Shown here: positions 27,369 to 37,774 of the stretch, piece after piece | Layout of the letters: every line of letters begins with the position of its first letter | How positions within the stretch are numbered: position 1 is the first letter of the stretch | Virus record (IMG/VR): IMGVR_UViG_3300030329_005612 | Coordinates: 3,635-67,634 of that record | DNA length: 64,000 bases | Reading direction: 5' to 3' (one strand) | Source of the DNA: a virus | Notes under the pieces: generated by a model | What the model saw: the letters and a program-made list of their open reading frames with translations, nothing else | Databases searched by the model: none | What the model was told of the DNA's origin: nothing | Position numbers and translations under genes: made by a program

Positions 27369-27532
27369 TTTACATTTGTCCGTCTATTTGCCTTTTTCCC
27401 TTGTTGTTCACGACTATTTCGCCGCACCCCTCGCACAAAACGTGAACATATTCACCTTCTTCGCAAAGGTTTTTCATATCATTTAATTCGCTTTCCACCC
27501 CAAGGGTTTCCCAAACACAATCCCAGCAAAAA

Positions 27533-27802
27533 TCAGCCATTTTGTTTTCCTTTCTTTAATTTTTGAATATCATACCCATGATCTTTAAATTTTATTTCAG
27601 ATGCCACAAGAACTGGCGTGTCTTTTATGTCTCTCAATATTTGCTCTACTTGTCCTATCGTTTCTGATTTGGTTTCTCCAACGATAGTAATTGGGTCTTC
27701 GGTGTGAGCATAAATACTACCGTCTTCATTGTAAAAGACTTCATGGACACTATGCCAAGTAACTCCATCCTTTTCGTGTTTTATGATTCTATTGTTCCAC
27801 AT
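27533..27802 (-). CDS. Conserved phage hypothetical protein
   Basis: WNNRII...HEVFYNEDG pattern. Confidence 0.7.
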   Translation of the reverse strand: MWNNRIIKHEKDGVTWHSVHEVFYNEDGSIYAHTEDPITIVGETKSETIGQVEQILRDIKDTPVLVASEIKFKDHGYDIQKLKKGKQNG

Positions 27803-27818
27803 CTAACGCTTGACTAAC

Positions 27819-28028
27819 TCACTTTAATACATAAGTTTCTAAAGTGTGCAACCTGTCCCTTGCGTCCGCTAATAAAGATAGTGCTTCTTCAGCGTTTTTG
27901 TAAAAGTCCCCCGTAGAATGGTCTCCTATTCCAACCGCTTTGTCATCAAGCAAATGAAGGGTAAGTTTGGCTTTAGCTATATCTGCTTCGGCAGAACTCT
28001 TTAGCATCTCGTATAATTTCTTATTCAT
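27819..28028 (-). CDS. Conserved small phage protein
   Basis: AVGIGDH motif between two helices. Confidence 0.7.
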   Translation of the reverse strand: MNKKLYEMLKSSAEADIAKAKLTLHLLDDKAVGIGDHSTGDFYKNAEEALSLLADARDRLHTLETYVLK

Positions 28029-28224
28029 ATTTTTTATTCTTCATTATCCAATGATAAAGCGTGCTACTGCCATAGCCGTAGCCGTAGGGCAGCGGTCGAT
28101 AATCTTTTGTTTGTATTTCTGGCGGTTTCCCCCAACTTTTAGGAAAAGCCTTGCCACTTGGGCTACGGTATACTATACACCCTGTTAACACTAAAATCAA
28201 CAAAATTATTGATACCTTATTCAC
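28021..28224 (-). CDS. Small lipoprotein
   Basis: Lipobox LTGC. Confidence 0.6.
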   Translation of the reverse strand: MNKVSIILLILVLTGCIVYRSPSGKAFPKSWGKPPEIQTKDYRPLPYGYGYGSSTLYHWIMKNKKYE

Positions 28225-28775
28225 AACTTAAAGCACCTCTTTTCAACATCATAACAACTCTTTAATAATCTTGCATCAATCCCTAAGTCTTTCCTTATAG
28301 TCTCTAGGGGGTCGTCCACAAGATGACAGAAGCTACATTCTGACAAGTCCACTCCACACTGTTCTCCTGCAACAACACCCATGTTGAAAATAAATCTTTC
28401 CTCTTCTCCAAACTTGTATCCTTGAGGATAAAAGTATTTACAAATAAACATAAATAAATTTCTTCTCCATCTTTTCATTTTTTTTGATGACCCCATCGTG
28501 TATCCGATGACAAAGGCTTCGTCTTTAAGTTCGACCCCTCTCCCCAACAGGATGTGAATACAATCATGTGTAACTAAATCAACCGCTCCACTAAAAATCT
28601 TAGAAGTGCTATAGTTAGGATTTTCGACCAACCTAATAACAAGAGGTATATCGCTCTGATCCAAAAGGTCTTCGCCAACATCTTCTGTCATCTCTTTGAG
28701 TGCAGTCCCTAATGTTTTTTTTGCGCCAGCACCGCTTAAAGAAGTGCTGCGTTTTTTTACTTTTTTTCGATTCAT
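28221..28775 (-). CDS. Coq4-like metal-binding protein
   Basis: HDCIHILLG...DE motif (HDxxH-x-E). Confidence 0.55.
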   Translation of the reverse strand: MNRKKVKKRSTSLSGAGAKKTLGTALKEMTEDVGEDLLDQSDIPLVIRLVENPNYSTSKIFSGAVDLVTHDCIHILLGRGVELKDEAFVIGYTMGSSKKMKRWRRNLFMFICKYFYPQGYKFGEEERFIFNMGVVAGEQCGVDLSECSFCHLVDDPLETIRKDLGIDARLLKSCYDVEKRCFKL

Positions 28776-28792
28776 TTTATATCATCTTTTCT

Positions 28793-29350
28793 CTAGCTTT
28801 TTTTTGTGCTTTCCATAAGCTCCTTAACACTATCTTTGCAGAACCCCGCACCTTCTCTATTAATAAATTCATATATAACCCCCGTTAGCTCTGAGGGTTT
28901 AGTGAATACTTGTGTTAGGTCGGGGTCTTTGCAGACAATTGGTTTTTCAGAATAAAATTCTGCATACCCTTTTTCTTTCCACTCCTCCATGACCGCTCCT
29001 ACATCTTCAACTTGGTATGCTATGTGATGGATGCCACCAATATTTCCTCTTTCTGCCACCCAATCCCCAACGATGGAACCTTCACTGCCATCGCTAACAA
29101 AAATTTCAGGGGGGGCATGATACTCTGCCTTCATGGGTGCGTCGGGAGCGTGTTGTAAAACACGATGAGTCCAACGCATCGTGTCTGGATGCCTTGTTTC
29201 TGGTGGCTCAAGGGCTAGACAATCAGCCTTAGACCCATCATCAAATTCTATTTGAAATTCTGTACCGACAGTATATCCAAAAGCTTTCCTAAAAAAAGCG
29301 GCAGATTGATGCCTGTCCTTCACCCTGTAAGCTATGTGGTCTAATCTCAT
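28793..29350 (-). CDS. VOC/glyoxalase-superfamily protein (HPPD C-domain-like)
   Basis: LDHIAYRV, GGIHHIAYQVEDV, LTQVFTKP and YEFINREG.GF. Confidence 0.8.
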   Translation of the reverse strand: MRLDHIAYRVKDRHQSAAFFRKAFGYTVGTEFQIEFDDGSKADCLALEPPETRHPDTMRWTHRVLQHAPDAPMKAEYHAPPEIFVSDGSEGSIVGDWVAERGNIGGIHHIAYQVEDVGAVMEEWKEKGYAEFYSEKPIVCKDPDLTQVFTKPSELTGVIYEFINREGAGFCKDSVKELMESTKKS

Positions 29351-29647
29351 AATATCTCAACCCCTTTATAGTTCAGTAAAGTTCATCAGCCAAATACCTA
29401 TGGCAACTGTCACCGCCACTGTTAAGACTAATACAACTATAGCCATTTATTTGCCATTCTTTTTTTGTTTAATAGTGTCCCCCCTTGTAGGTGCCACGGT
29501 CTCTTCCTTTTTATCAAAGCTGTGCCACCACACAGGTATCTCTTTTAGTAAAAAATAAAAGCTTAATCCCCATAACGACACCGCTATAGAAAATAAAGCC
29601 CATTTTACCCCTACTAAATTACTTACTATTTCTGCTTCAGTGTTCAT

Positions 29648-29941
29648 TTACGGTGAAATTTTTTTAGTTTTTAAATTTACATATAACAACTTCACTCCCA
29701 ACTTCTTTTGCACAGGTGTCAATACTCTGTTTATTTTTGTATTGGGAGTCTTGGCTGTTGATGATCTTCTGCTTAATGTTTTTACATCAAAAAACTGCAT
29801 GTCTCCCGTATCAGGATTAATTGCAATAAAGTCTATTGGGCCAATGTTATTCGTCTCATTATAACAAAAATAACCTTTTTCTACATAGTGTTGCATAGCA
29901 ATTAGTTTGCTAGACATTCCCTTTTGGTGGCTGTGGTGCAT
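29648..29941 (-). CDS. Small PD-(D/E)XK endonuclease
   Basis: KG..S, GPIDFI...DVKT. Confidence 0.65.
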   Translation of the reverse strand: MHHSHQKGMSSKLIAMQHYVEKGYFCYNETNNIGPIDFIAINPDTGDMQFFDVKTLSRRSSTAKTPNTKINRVLTPVQKKLGVKLLYVNLKTKKISP

Positions 29942-29944
29942 CTA

Positions 29945-30544
29945 CTATTCTCCTAATGGATTAGTTAAAATTGCAGGGAGTTCGTTTATCTCAATAACTT
30001 CACCGTTCTTGTCGGTCTTAAATCGAAAAGCTGTCTTTTCGTCCCCTGTGGCAATAAGAGTCTTTTTTTTCATTACTATTTGTTTGTAGGGCTTAATTTT
30101 AATTAGGGTAATGGTAGCCTCAACAGGCTCTGCATCTTTTTTGCTGTAGACATGAACATTGACAATATTTTCACCTGCGGTTGCCCCTCGAAAGGCAACA
30201 ATTTCTTCGTTAAATCCAACCACTTTACCTTCAATATCAACAGATAAACTATTATTTCTAGACTTACCAAGGGCATCGTGATTCAGGCTGATTAAACTAC
30301 CCTCTCCCCCTTCCCGATTGTTGAAGCTAACCACGTGGCCTGACGCTGCCTGAACGTACAAATCTAAATCGTCTTCACTTTCTCCAGCCCAAGTAAGAAT
30401 AACTTCATACAAAGTATTTGGTGGGCGCATCTTAGTCTTCTCTTCTTCGCTCTTAAGTAAAAAAAGAATAGCCACCAACATCAACAGACAACAAAAAAGT
30501 ACATCAATGAATGGCCGAAAAGAAAAAAATCTTCTTATTTTCAT
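29945..30544 (-). CDS. ExbD/MotB-like single-pass membrane protein with periplasmic domain
   Basis: PFIDVLF transmembrane Asp motif; W...DDLDLYV; coupled to the upstream ExbB-like gene. Confidence 0.6.
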   Translation of the reverse strand: MKIRRFFSFRPFIDVLFCCLLMLVAILFLLKSEEEKTKMRPPNTLYEVILTWAGESEDDLDLYVQAASGHVVSFNNREGGEGSLISLNHDALGKSRNNSLSVDIEGKVVGFNEEIVAFRGATAGENIVNVHVYSKKDAEPVEATITLIKIKPYKQIVMKKKTLIATGDEKTAFRFKTDKNGEVIEINELPAILTNPLGE

Positions 30545-31014
30545 TCTTCTAATTTAAATTTCAAAATCATAAGTTGAGCCTGTAAGGGGAGGCTAAAAAC
30601 AATTCCACAAATAGTGGTATAAAAAGCAGTATTCAATCCTGTCTTAAGGCCAGCTACAATATCACTTACTTCGGTTCCTTCGTTAAGGCTCGTCGATGTA
30701 GCTACGCAGAGACCGAAAACTGTACCCAAAAGACCAAGAGAGAAAAAATGTTCAGCAGCAAACCAACCCACATCTGAGCGTCTAAGAAGGTCAGCCTTAT
30801 CATCTACTGAGGCTACAGATGAAGTTAGCTGATCGGCAAGGTAACATAGCTTCCCTACCATTGCAGATACTGATACATACAGGGTCATGATTACAATAGT
30901 TAAATAACTAACATCGCTTTTTACCATAAGGGTAATAGCTCCTTTTGTTTCAGCAAAAAAGACCGCTGTTAGCATCACAGCATTAAGGAGGAACCATTTC
31001 GTAAAAGTGGACAT
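30541..31014 (-). CDS. MotA/TolQ/ExbB proton channel family protein
   Basis: LGLLGTVFG and GLNTAFYTTICG motifs. Confidence 0.8.
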   Translation of the reverse strand: MSTFTKWFLLNAVMLTAVFFAETKGAITLMVKSDVSYLTIVIMTLYVSVSAMVGKLCYLADQLTSSVASVDDKADLLRRSDVGWFAAEHFFSLGLLGTVFGLCVATSTSLNEGTEVSDIVAGLKTGLNTAFYTTICGIVFSLPLQAQLMILKFKLEE

Positions 31015-31063
31015 ATTAATTATATTTAAATTAGAATAAATTTACTATTTTTTTTATTACTTT

Positions 31064-31564
31064 TCATACTTTTAACAAGCCTTTTAGCTTATTCCAAGTA
31101 TCTTCTATTTCCTCGCAATCTGTAGACACAATATAGTGGGGGATACCAACCTCGAAATCTTCAACATGGTATTCTTTTCTTAACTCCCTTTTAGAAGTGA
31201 GCAAGACTTCTATTACCTTGTCTTGGTTGTTATTTTTAAGTTCAGCCCTTAAGTCTTCGTAGGGATTCACGAGGCACATTACTACGTCCGTACCCTCCCT
31301 CACGGGGCGACCTTGGATACCGCCTTCTTTCCTACAATAAATCGCAACCCAATCTTCGCGCTCACCCTTTTTATTTAGATAGGTGGCTACAGCATTAGCA
31401 TTCTTAATATTTTCTTCACGACCTTGTCTGCCATAATTCTTATTTGTAAACATCTCCCTAAATTCATCACCATCAATAACAAACGGCGTATCAAGATGTT
31501 CTGCAAGCAAAGTACCTAGAGTAGTTTTGCCTGACGCTGGTTGTCCGTATAATAGATATATCAT
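31064..31564 (-). CDS. cysC: Adenylyl-sulfate kinase-like P-loop kinase
   Basis: GQPASGKTT, IDGDEFR, Y..QGREENI and VNPY..LR. Confidence 0.7.
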   Translation of the reverse strand: MIYLLYGQPASGKTTLGTLLAEHLDTPFVIDGDEFREMFTNKNYGRQGREENIKNANAVATYLNKKGEREDWVAIYCRKEGGIQGRPVREGTDVVMCLVNPYEDLRAELKNNNQDKVIEVLLTSKRELRKEYHVEDFEVGIPHYIVSTDCEEIEDTWNKLKGLLKV

Positions 31565-32205
31565 GTAGTTTCCTTATCAAGTATATCGTAATCATATTTT
31601 TCATGATCACCCGTTACCCATTTCCAGTTCTGTTCTACGGACCACTTATGTTCATGCAATTTTCTATCAATCACTACCTCGTCAGGCTTCACACAAAAAG
31701 AAGGGTCGTGACATCTTAATCTATTATTGGGTTGAATTGCATAATTACCATTATCTAGAAGAATAACATGACCACATTTATGTTGGCCCGCCGCTTCAGA
31801 AAATGTTACATCAGTAATGTTAGGGTCTTCGTGCGCCCAGTCTAAGGTAAATAAATACAAACCTTCATATTTATTTTGACGGCGGCTAACATATTTCATC
31901 TTTCTATATTGAAGGGTATCAAAAATAGTAACACTCACATAATAGCTAAATGAATCCCACAGCATTAGCTCGTCCAATTCCATGAGGGGAGAACCCTCTC
32001 TGGAACAAAAAGCGTGAATAGGTAGTCTCCAGAAAATTCCACCATCTTCCATCAAACAGTGAAAAAGAGGAACATTACTAGGTATACTAGCCACCCCAAA
32101 AATTAAACAGGGGTAATAGGTTCCATGACTATCCTCCATATTTCTTAAAAATTCCCCCCTTACAAAGCACTCTTGAGGAGGGATATTGGCATTTAAATAA
32201 GCCAT
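31561..32205 (-). CDS. Conserved marine phage hypothetical protein
   Basis: YLNANIP, RLPIHAF, LWDSFS, YLFTLDW, HKCGH and QPNNR motifs. Confidence 0.75.
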   Translation of the reverse strand: MAYLNANIPPQECFVRGEFLRNMEDSHGTYYPCLIFGVASIPSNVPLFHCLMEDGGIFWRLPIHAFCSREGSPLMELDELMLWDSFSYYVSVTIFDTLQYRKMKYVSRRQNKYEGLYLFTLDWAHEDPNITDVTFSEAAGQHKCGHVILLDNGNYAIQPNNRLRCHDPSFCVKPDEVVIDRKLHEHKWSVEQNWKWVTGDHEKYDYDILDKETT

Positions 32206-32268
32206 AATTTATCTTATAATATATTTGTTTGGAGGTAAAAGTCAAAGATTTTTAGTGTAATTAAAAAC

Positions 32269-32553
32269 ATGCCAGCTACATACAGTACAGTGGGAACCCT
32301 ACAAGGAGCGTTACACCAGAGCTTTACAACGGGGGATTTTATGCTCGTTACTGCTGGAGATTCGTCGTACCAAAGTCAAATCACAGGACTCCTAAACACT
32401 GGACTCAGCTATGACAGGGCTGAACTTACCAATCACATTGGTAGGGAATATTATAGAAAACTAAATCAATTTGGTTTAAGCCCAACCTACAAAGACAGTC
32501 TAGACTCTGGCTTTAGACCCTTAACTTTCACTGGCTTATACACGGCTCCCTAA
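32269..32553 (+). CDS. Hypothetical protein (lone plus-strand gene, probably late)
   Basis: Preceded by GTGTAATTAA motif at 32255-32264. Confidence 0.65.
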   Translation: MPATYSTVGTLQGALHQSFTTGDFMLVTAGDSSYQSQITGLLNTGLSYDRAELTNHIGREYYRKLNQFGLSPTYKDSLDSGFRPLTFTGLYTAP

Positions 32554-33710
32554 GTATTCTTCCCAAATACTTCGTTCGATTGTTGGGTGACCCGAACAAA
32601 AGTGGCACACTTAGGCATATCCTTTAGCCTTCTTGCTCCGATATAGGTACACGCAGAACGTAGTCCGCCAAGGATACTTTCTACCGTGTTTTTGACTAGC
32701 CCTCTGTGTTCCACTCTAACTGTTTTGCCTTCTGACGAACGGTAGCTTGCAACGCCGCCGTAATGTTTCTTCATGGCTGATTCAGAACTCATACCATAGA
32801 AAGTTTTATATTTTTTGCCATCTATTTCTTCTTCTTGACCGGCGCACTCCGTATGTCCAGCGAGCATACCACCAAGCATAACAAAATCCGCACCACCACC
32901 AAAAGCCTTGGCAACATCTCCAGCACAGGTACAACCGCCATCAGCCATAATATACCCCCCAACGCCATGAGCGGCATCGGCACACTCAACCACCGCGCTA
33001 AATTGGGGATAACCAACACCAGTCTGAATGCGGGTAGTGCAAACAGAACCACTTCCAATACCAACCTTAACGATGTCTGCTCCGCTTAATATGATCTCTT
33101 CTGTCATTTCGCCAGTAACAACATTACCCGCAATGATAATGAGCGCGGGGTGTTCTTCCCTGACTCGTTTAATAAAATCACAAAATCTTGCAGTGTATCC
33201 ATTAGCTGCATCAATACAAACGAATCTATTATGGTAAAAATTCCATTGAATGTCTCTAAGGTAATCTACATCATCATAATTATTTGGGTCATACTTGATA
33301 CCAATAGAGGGACAAAGATGGTCGTAAATTCTACTTTGCCAACTCTTTGCTCCACGCTCGTACTTCCAATTTTTTGAGTTAGCTTCCCTACTTGCTTTCG
33401 TTTTGTAAACCCCGTAGCCATCCAGCTTATGTAACCACTTGTCTACATCATTGTGTTTACTAATACAGGTAAGCATATGATGTGGAGCAAGAGTTTTTGC
33501 CATTTCAAAAGTCCCTACCGTGTCCATATTTGAGGCCACGATTGGGATGCCTTTCCAGCCATAATCTTTAGGGTTGCTACCTTCACCGCCAGCATTAGGA
33601 AAAGTAAACTCACGAACCAAATCGACTTCCTTTCGGGAGGTCAAAGTAGAACGCTTTGGGCGCATAAGAACATCCTTATAGTCCAGCTTAATGTCTGATT
33701 CAATTCTCAT
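32550..33710 (-). CDS. guaC: GMP reductase
   Basis: [47 protein letters not shown] and YRSSEGK. Confidence 0.95.
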   Translation of the reverse strand: MRIESDIKLDYKDVLMRPKRSTLTSRKEVDLVREFTFPNAGGEGSNPKDYGWKGIPIVASNMDTVGTFEMAKTLAPHHMLTCISKHNDVDKWLHKLDGYGVYKTKASREANSKNWKYERGAKSWQSRIYDHLCPSIGIKYDPNNYDDVDYLRDIQWNFYHNRFVCIDAANGYTARFCDFIKRVREEHPALIIIAGNVVTGEMTEEIILSGADIVKVGIGSGSVCTTRIQTGVGYPQFSAVVECADAAHGVGGYIMADGGCTCAGDVAKAFGGGADFVMLGGMLAGHTECAGQEEEIDGKKYKTFYGMSSESAMKKHYGGVASYRSSEGKTVRVEHRGLVKNTVESILGGLRSACTYIGARRLKDMPKCATFVRVTQQSNEVFGKNT

Positions 33711-33711
33711 T

Positions 33712-34287
33712 TTATAGTGTTAAAAGTCTTTTGTATCTTAGGGCAACTCTTTGAGCATTCTTTCGGGCATAAAAAAGGCGCGACATTACAGTTCCCTCTG
33801 AAATATGCAACACCTTAGAAATTTCTCTATAATTTAAACCTTCAGACTCATATAGCAATAATATCTCTCGGTGACATGGGGACAACTTATTAAGGACTGC
33901 TTTTACCAACAATATATTTTTTGCTGATTCGTCTTTTTTCTCTATTCTATCGCTGGGCAGTTCATTCGTAGCAACATTCAGTACGTTTTCATCTACTACT
34001 ACAAGCGGCGACCGTTGAATACGCCTATATTCATCGTAATATTTATTTCTAGCAATGACATTAACCCATGTTGCAAATCTGGAATTACCTTTGAAATTTT
34101 TCAGGTTCTTCCAGCATTTTATTAGGGCTTGTTGGTAAACTTCCTCGGCCACGGTTTCATTTCCTTTGGCAAAGTGTAAAATCCATTTTTTTATATACTC
34201 TTCATTACAAGAAATTAGTTCACCAAAGGCTTTTTCGTCCCCCTTCTGGGCTAGCTTAATCAGTTGTTTTTCTTCTGAGATTTTCAC
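33712..34287 (-). CDS. ECF-type sigma factor
   Basis: [31 protein letters not shown] and [11 protein letters not shown]. Confidence 0.92.
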   Translation of the reverse strand: MKISEEKQLIKLAQKGDEKAFGELISCNEEYIKKWILHFAKGNETVAEEVYQQALIKCWKNLKNFKGNSRFATWVNVIARNKYYDEYRRIQRSPLVVVDENVLNVATNELPSDRIEKKDESAKNILLVKAVLNKLSPCHREILLLYESEGLNYREISKVLHISEGTVMSRLFYARKNAQRVALRYKRLLTL

Positions 34288-34734
34288 TATAGATTATCTA
34301 TAATATATTTAAGCGTTTTAAACCTCAACATTTGTTCATAACGTATTTCCGAATTATACCTCTGAGCCGCCCAAGAACATTCACGAATTTCTTTCTCAAC
34401 CAAATTTATCAATTCGACTTTGTGCTCGCGCAATAATTGGATTATCTCTCGATCTTCCATGCTTTAAGTCAACTCCAGCGGGAGGCTAAATTCATTCGCG
34501 TACCTATAAATCTTGGACACCTTAACTGTATAAGAATCTTTTTTGTATAGTTTGTATTTTTTATCTTTAACTTTTTCGTTCCATCGAGAAGTATCTTTCA
34601 GGACGCTATCTACATATAAATCAAATTTACTTTTTTTAATTTTAGAATGTGTATTTGAATTCATCTAGGTTTTCCTTCCATGGTGGGGCGATTCTTTATT
34701 ATAGAGTTTTTAAAAAATTTGTCAAGGAGGCCAC

Positions 34735-35274
34735 TTATCTTAACTCCTCTCTCAAGAGCCTCCACCTATCACTATCAATCTCCTTTGTACCATCATTAAT
34801 AGCTTTGATCATATCTACAACCTCTTCTATGGAATCGTAAATATAACGATGAGGTAGCATACCCATCATCCAAAGAGGAGTCGCGTGTTTACCTCCTTCC
34901 ATAGAAATAAAGATTGGTTTTTTCATCCTTACGGCTGTAACAAGTTCTTCCGCACTCCCCCAGCTTGCTACATCAGGCAACAAATGAGCTATGATAAAAT
35001 CGCTTCTATCAACGAGGTTTAAATCATAACTACGAACAAGTTTCATTCTGTCGGAAACATCATTGAAGTAACCGTGCTTTTGGCAGTGGTCTAACGATAG
35101 GCGTGTATCTTCATCTTCTTTTACATCCTTAACAAAAGGCTTTTTATAGGGATTGAAAATTCTTATGCCAAGCGACTCTAGTTCTCCTTCGACATACTCA
35201 CGCCAATCTCTACCACTAGCATACTGCATGTGGCCCACTAGGTAGGTTCTAGTTTTAAAAAGCACATTTTTCAT
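34735..35274 (-). CDS. Nucleoside 2-deoxyribosyltransferase-like protein
   Basis: YLVGHM...WR, FNP, DLNLVDRSD and SWGSAEE. Confidence 0.75.
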   Translation of the reverse strand: MKNVLFKTRTYLVGHMQYASGRDWREYVEGELESLGIRIFNPYKKPFVKDVKEDEDTRLSLDHCQKHGYFNDVSDRMKLVRSYDLNLVDRSDFIIAHLLPDVASWGSAEELVTAVRMKKPIFISMEGGKHATPLWMMGMLPHRYIYDSIEEVVDMIKAINDGTKEIDSDRWRLLREELR

Positions 35275-35499
35275 AATTTATTTTTTTGTTTGGCGTAAAG
35301 AATAATTTTTGATCTTAATTTATTAATTACAAGCTTGGTCCACGCTATATACTTTTGATCAGATTGAAGCTCGTGCTTAGGAACAGAAGTCATTTCATCT
35401 TCTATCTCATTTACTATCTTGATAATTTCATCTAGCCTCAAATAGACCACATTAAAATGTAGCCCAAGGAAATAAAAAAGTCAAGGCTTCTAAAAAGAA

Positions 35500-36624
35500 T
35501 TAAGATTGTATTTCCAATAACTCAAGATTATCAGTGAACTTATCGAAGGGAATATCTTTATAAGTAAGAACGTGGGAAAGCTTCTGTTTATAGCTCCTGC
35601 GCTCTATAAACCTTTCATCGAGAACCCCTTCGGCCATTAGTGCGGCTACGGCAGAAATAGGGGAAGCTGTTGCTCGCTGCATGGCAGTAAAGGGATTAGA
35701 ATATCCTACAATTATTTCTTTCTCAAAGCTTACGCTTCCAGCGCGTACAACCACCCTAATAATAACGATATCCCCATATGGGGATGGGGGACATGTTTTT
35801 TCAAAGAATTTTGAAACGACATCATCTTCTAGGTTGGCTTTTTTTATCAGCCCATGCACAATATCCCTGTGTCCTTTGAATCTGAGCGTTTTATAAAAGC
35901 AATTTTTAACATCACGACGCTGCATGTCTCTAAGGGTATGGGACGCTCCACCGCTAGTACAAAATGCTTCTAGCTCTTCCCCAAGCAGTTTAATATAAAT
36001 TTTTTCATGACCTGACATTCCTTCTACGGTTTTTATTTCACCATTAACAAGAACTTCACAGTCATCTTTGTACTCATTAATAAGTCCATCCATTGACCAC
36101 GTTAAAAGATAATTAAGGGGTGGATTAGCATCAAAATTAGCTGGTAATCCACCTACCATCATCTCAACTGATTCAACAGGTCGATGAAGCTCTGAGAACC
36201 CTTGTTCAGCTAAAATGTTGACCCACCCCGGCGCAAGGCCGAGGTCGGTCATGACAGGGAAGTTGGCATTCTCTGTCGCGTATTGATTTATAAACCGAGA
36301 TACGTCTACACGCCCCCCTAGGTCGCAATAACGAACCCCGGAATCAATACAAAATTGAGCTAATTCTTTATTTTGATGAAAAGGAAGACTACTGATTACC
36401 ACTTCAGGTCTTTCAAAGTCTGGTATGATTTCTTTATAATTTCTTTTATTGCAATCGTAAAAAATTCCATTTTTATCCTCAGGGGTAGAGTTTATAATTT
36501 TTCTAAAATCCCCCGCCGCATTCTCATTACTATCAACACCTATGACATAGTACCCTAGCCGCGACATACAATGAGTAATGGCCAAACCCATTCTTCCTAT
36601 TCCAAATACTGCAACTTTTTTCAT
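35500..36624 (-). CDS. Saccharopine dehydrogenase-family oxidoreductase (lysine 6-dehydrogenase-like)
   Basis: GIGRMG Rossmann fold, YCDLGG, DLGLAPG, VGGLP, WS.DGLINEY, TSGG and YKTLR..GH. Confidence 0.88.
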   Translation of the reverse strand: MKKVAVFGIGRMGLAITHCMSRLGYYVIGVDSNENAAGDFRKIINSTPEDKNGIFYDCNKRNYKEIIPDFERPEVVISSLPFHQNKELAQFCIDSGVRYCDLGGRVDVSRFINQYATENANFPVMTDLGLAPGWVNILAEQGFSELHRPVESVEMMVGGLPANFDANPPLNYLLTWSMDGLINEYKDDCEVLVNGEIKTVEGMSGHEKIYIKLLGEELEAFCTSGGASHTLRDMQRRDVKNCFYKTLRFKGHRDIVHGLIKKANLEDDVVSKFFEKTCPPSPYGDIVIIRVVVRAGSVSFEKEIIVGYSNPFTAMQRATASPISAVAALMAEGVLDERFIERRSYKQKLSHVLTYKDIPFDKFTDNLELLEIQS

Positions 36625-36625
36625 T

Positions 36626-36763
36626 TTATTTTTTGCACCTCTTACGGGGGCCTCCTTGGCCGCGATATTTTTTCATACCTTTGCTTTTTTTACCACACCC
36701 AGCACGACTTTTTTTCTTTACTGGTTTGGTATATGTATATACTTTTTTGTGGGAAGGAGCCAT
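36626..36763 (-). CDS. 45-aa basic peptide with KKYRGQG motif
   Basis: Hand-translated MAPSHKKVYTYTKPVKKKSRAGCGKKSKGMKKYRGQGGPRKRCKK; fills the gap between neighbours. Confidence 0.65.
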   Translation of the reverse strand: MAPSHKKVYTYTKPVKKKSRAGCGKKSKGMKKYRGQGGPRKRCKK

Positions 36764-36764
36764 A

Positions 36765-37121
36765 TCAATTTTTCCAAACGCACTGAATTAAATTATCTTT
36801 AAAAAATTCTTTGGTATATCTCATTACATCCTCTGGATCAAAACTCTTGCAAGTATAGATATCTATTGAAAAAAACTTAGGACTTCTCTTGTCCCAAGAA
36901 TAAATGTGCATACCCGACTCTTTCCAGTGCATAAAGCAACACCAACCATATTCTTCCGCAAAAGAAGTTAATGGTTCTGAAACAGGCGTCATATCTAATA
37001 CTTGAGAAATCTCTTTGCAATATGTTGCTTGGTCTTTTGGGCAAAAAGAATTATGTAGAGTTCCCTCTACAACCATTCTTTGCCTACAAATTTCAGGCGC
37101 TAATTCTTTCCATGTGCTCAT
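36765..37121 (-). CDS. speD: S-adenosylmethionine decarboxylase-family proenzyme
   Basis: ES self-cleavage site (WKESGMHIYSW) and IDIYTCKSFD. Confidence 0.75.
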   Translation of the reverse strand: MSTWKELAPEICRQRMVVEGTLHNSFCPKDQATYCKEISQVLDMTPVSEPLTSFAEEYGWCCFMHWKESGMHIYSWDKRSPKFFSIDIYTCKSFDPEDVMRYTKEFFKDNLIQCVWKN

Positions 37122-37774
37122 AATCTATTCGCGCAAAGAACGAACCAGTCTCCGTACCCCTGAGCTAATCCGTCTTTTTTTATAATGTCGGTGGCATAGT
37201 GCCACATCACCCTGTCACTAAGAAAAAGCATCTGCCCGTCTTTTAGGGCGTGTGTTAAAATAGCTTCAGAGTCTTTATTTGCATAAGCTTTTAATTCTCC
37301 TCCTTCTATATTGCTTCTCTGTATTCCCACCATAGCAATACAATCATATCCATCTTGATGAATTCCTTCCGGGGCAACTGGAGCACTTCCACCCAACTCT
37401 TCCAAAGTGATTACTCTTAATTGATGAACATCAACCTCAATTCCATCAAATAATTGATTTTCTTTTTTAAAAGCAAGACACATTTCTTCAAAACCCACAC
37501 TTTTTATCGTACTCTCTTCAAGGTTTTGAAATTTTCTTACCGCTCCCCCTTGGTGAGAATTATAATCAGAGCTTTGGGTAAACTCGCTTTCAGGAAGGTG
37601 AGTTATATCCACTTGTTCTCCTGCGCCCCAATGAGTGGTTCTCAACTCAATTTTCGAATATCTTCTTAATCTGTATTTACCGTCCTTATGATTGGTGTGA
37701 GGTAAATTGTCAAACGATGGGCGAAGGGTTTTTATCGCCTCTTCGTTTAGTTGATTAAGCTGCATCAGTCTCAT
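37118..37774 (-). CDS. 2OG-Fe(II) dioxygenase (BsmA/isoleucine-hydroxylase-like family)
   Basis: YRLRRY, VHQLR, PEGIHQDG (HxD), NIEGG and distal WHYAT. Confidence 0.85.
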   Translation of the reverse strand: MRLMQLNQLNEEAIKTLRPSFDNLPHTNHKDGKYRLRRYSKIELRTTHWGAGEQVDITHLPESEFTQSSDYNSHQGGAVRKFQNLEESTIKSVGFEEMCLAFKKENQLFDGIEVDVHQLRVITLEELGGSAPVAPEGIHQDGYDCIAMVGIQRSNIEGGELKAYANKDSEAILTHALKDGQMLFLSDRVMWHYATDIIKKDGLAQGYGDWFVLCANRL

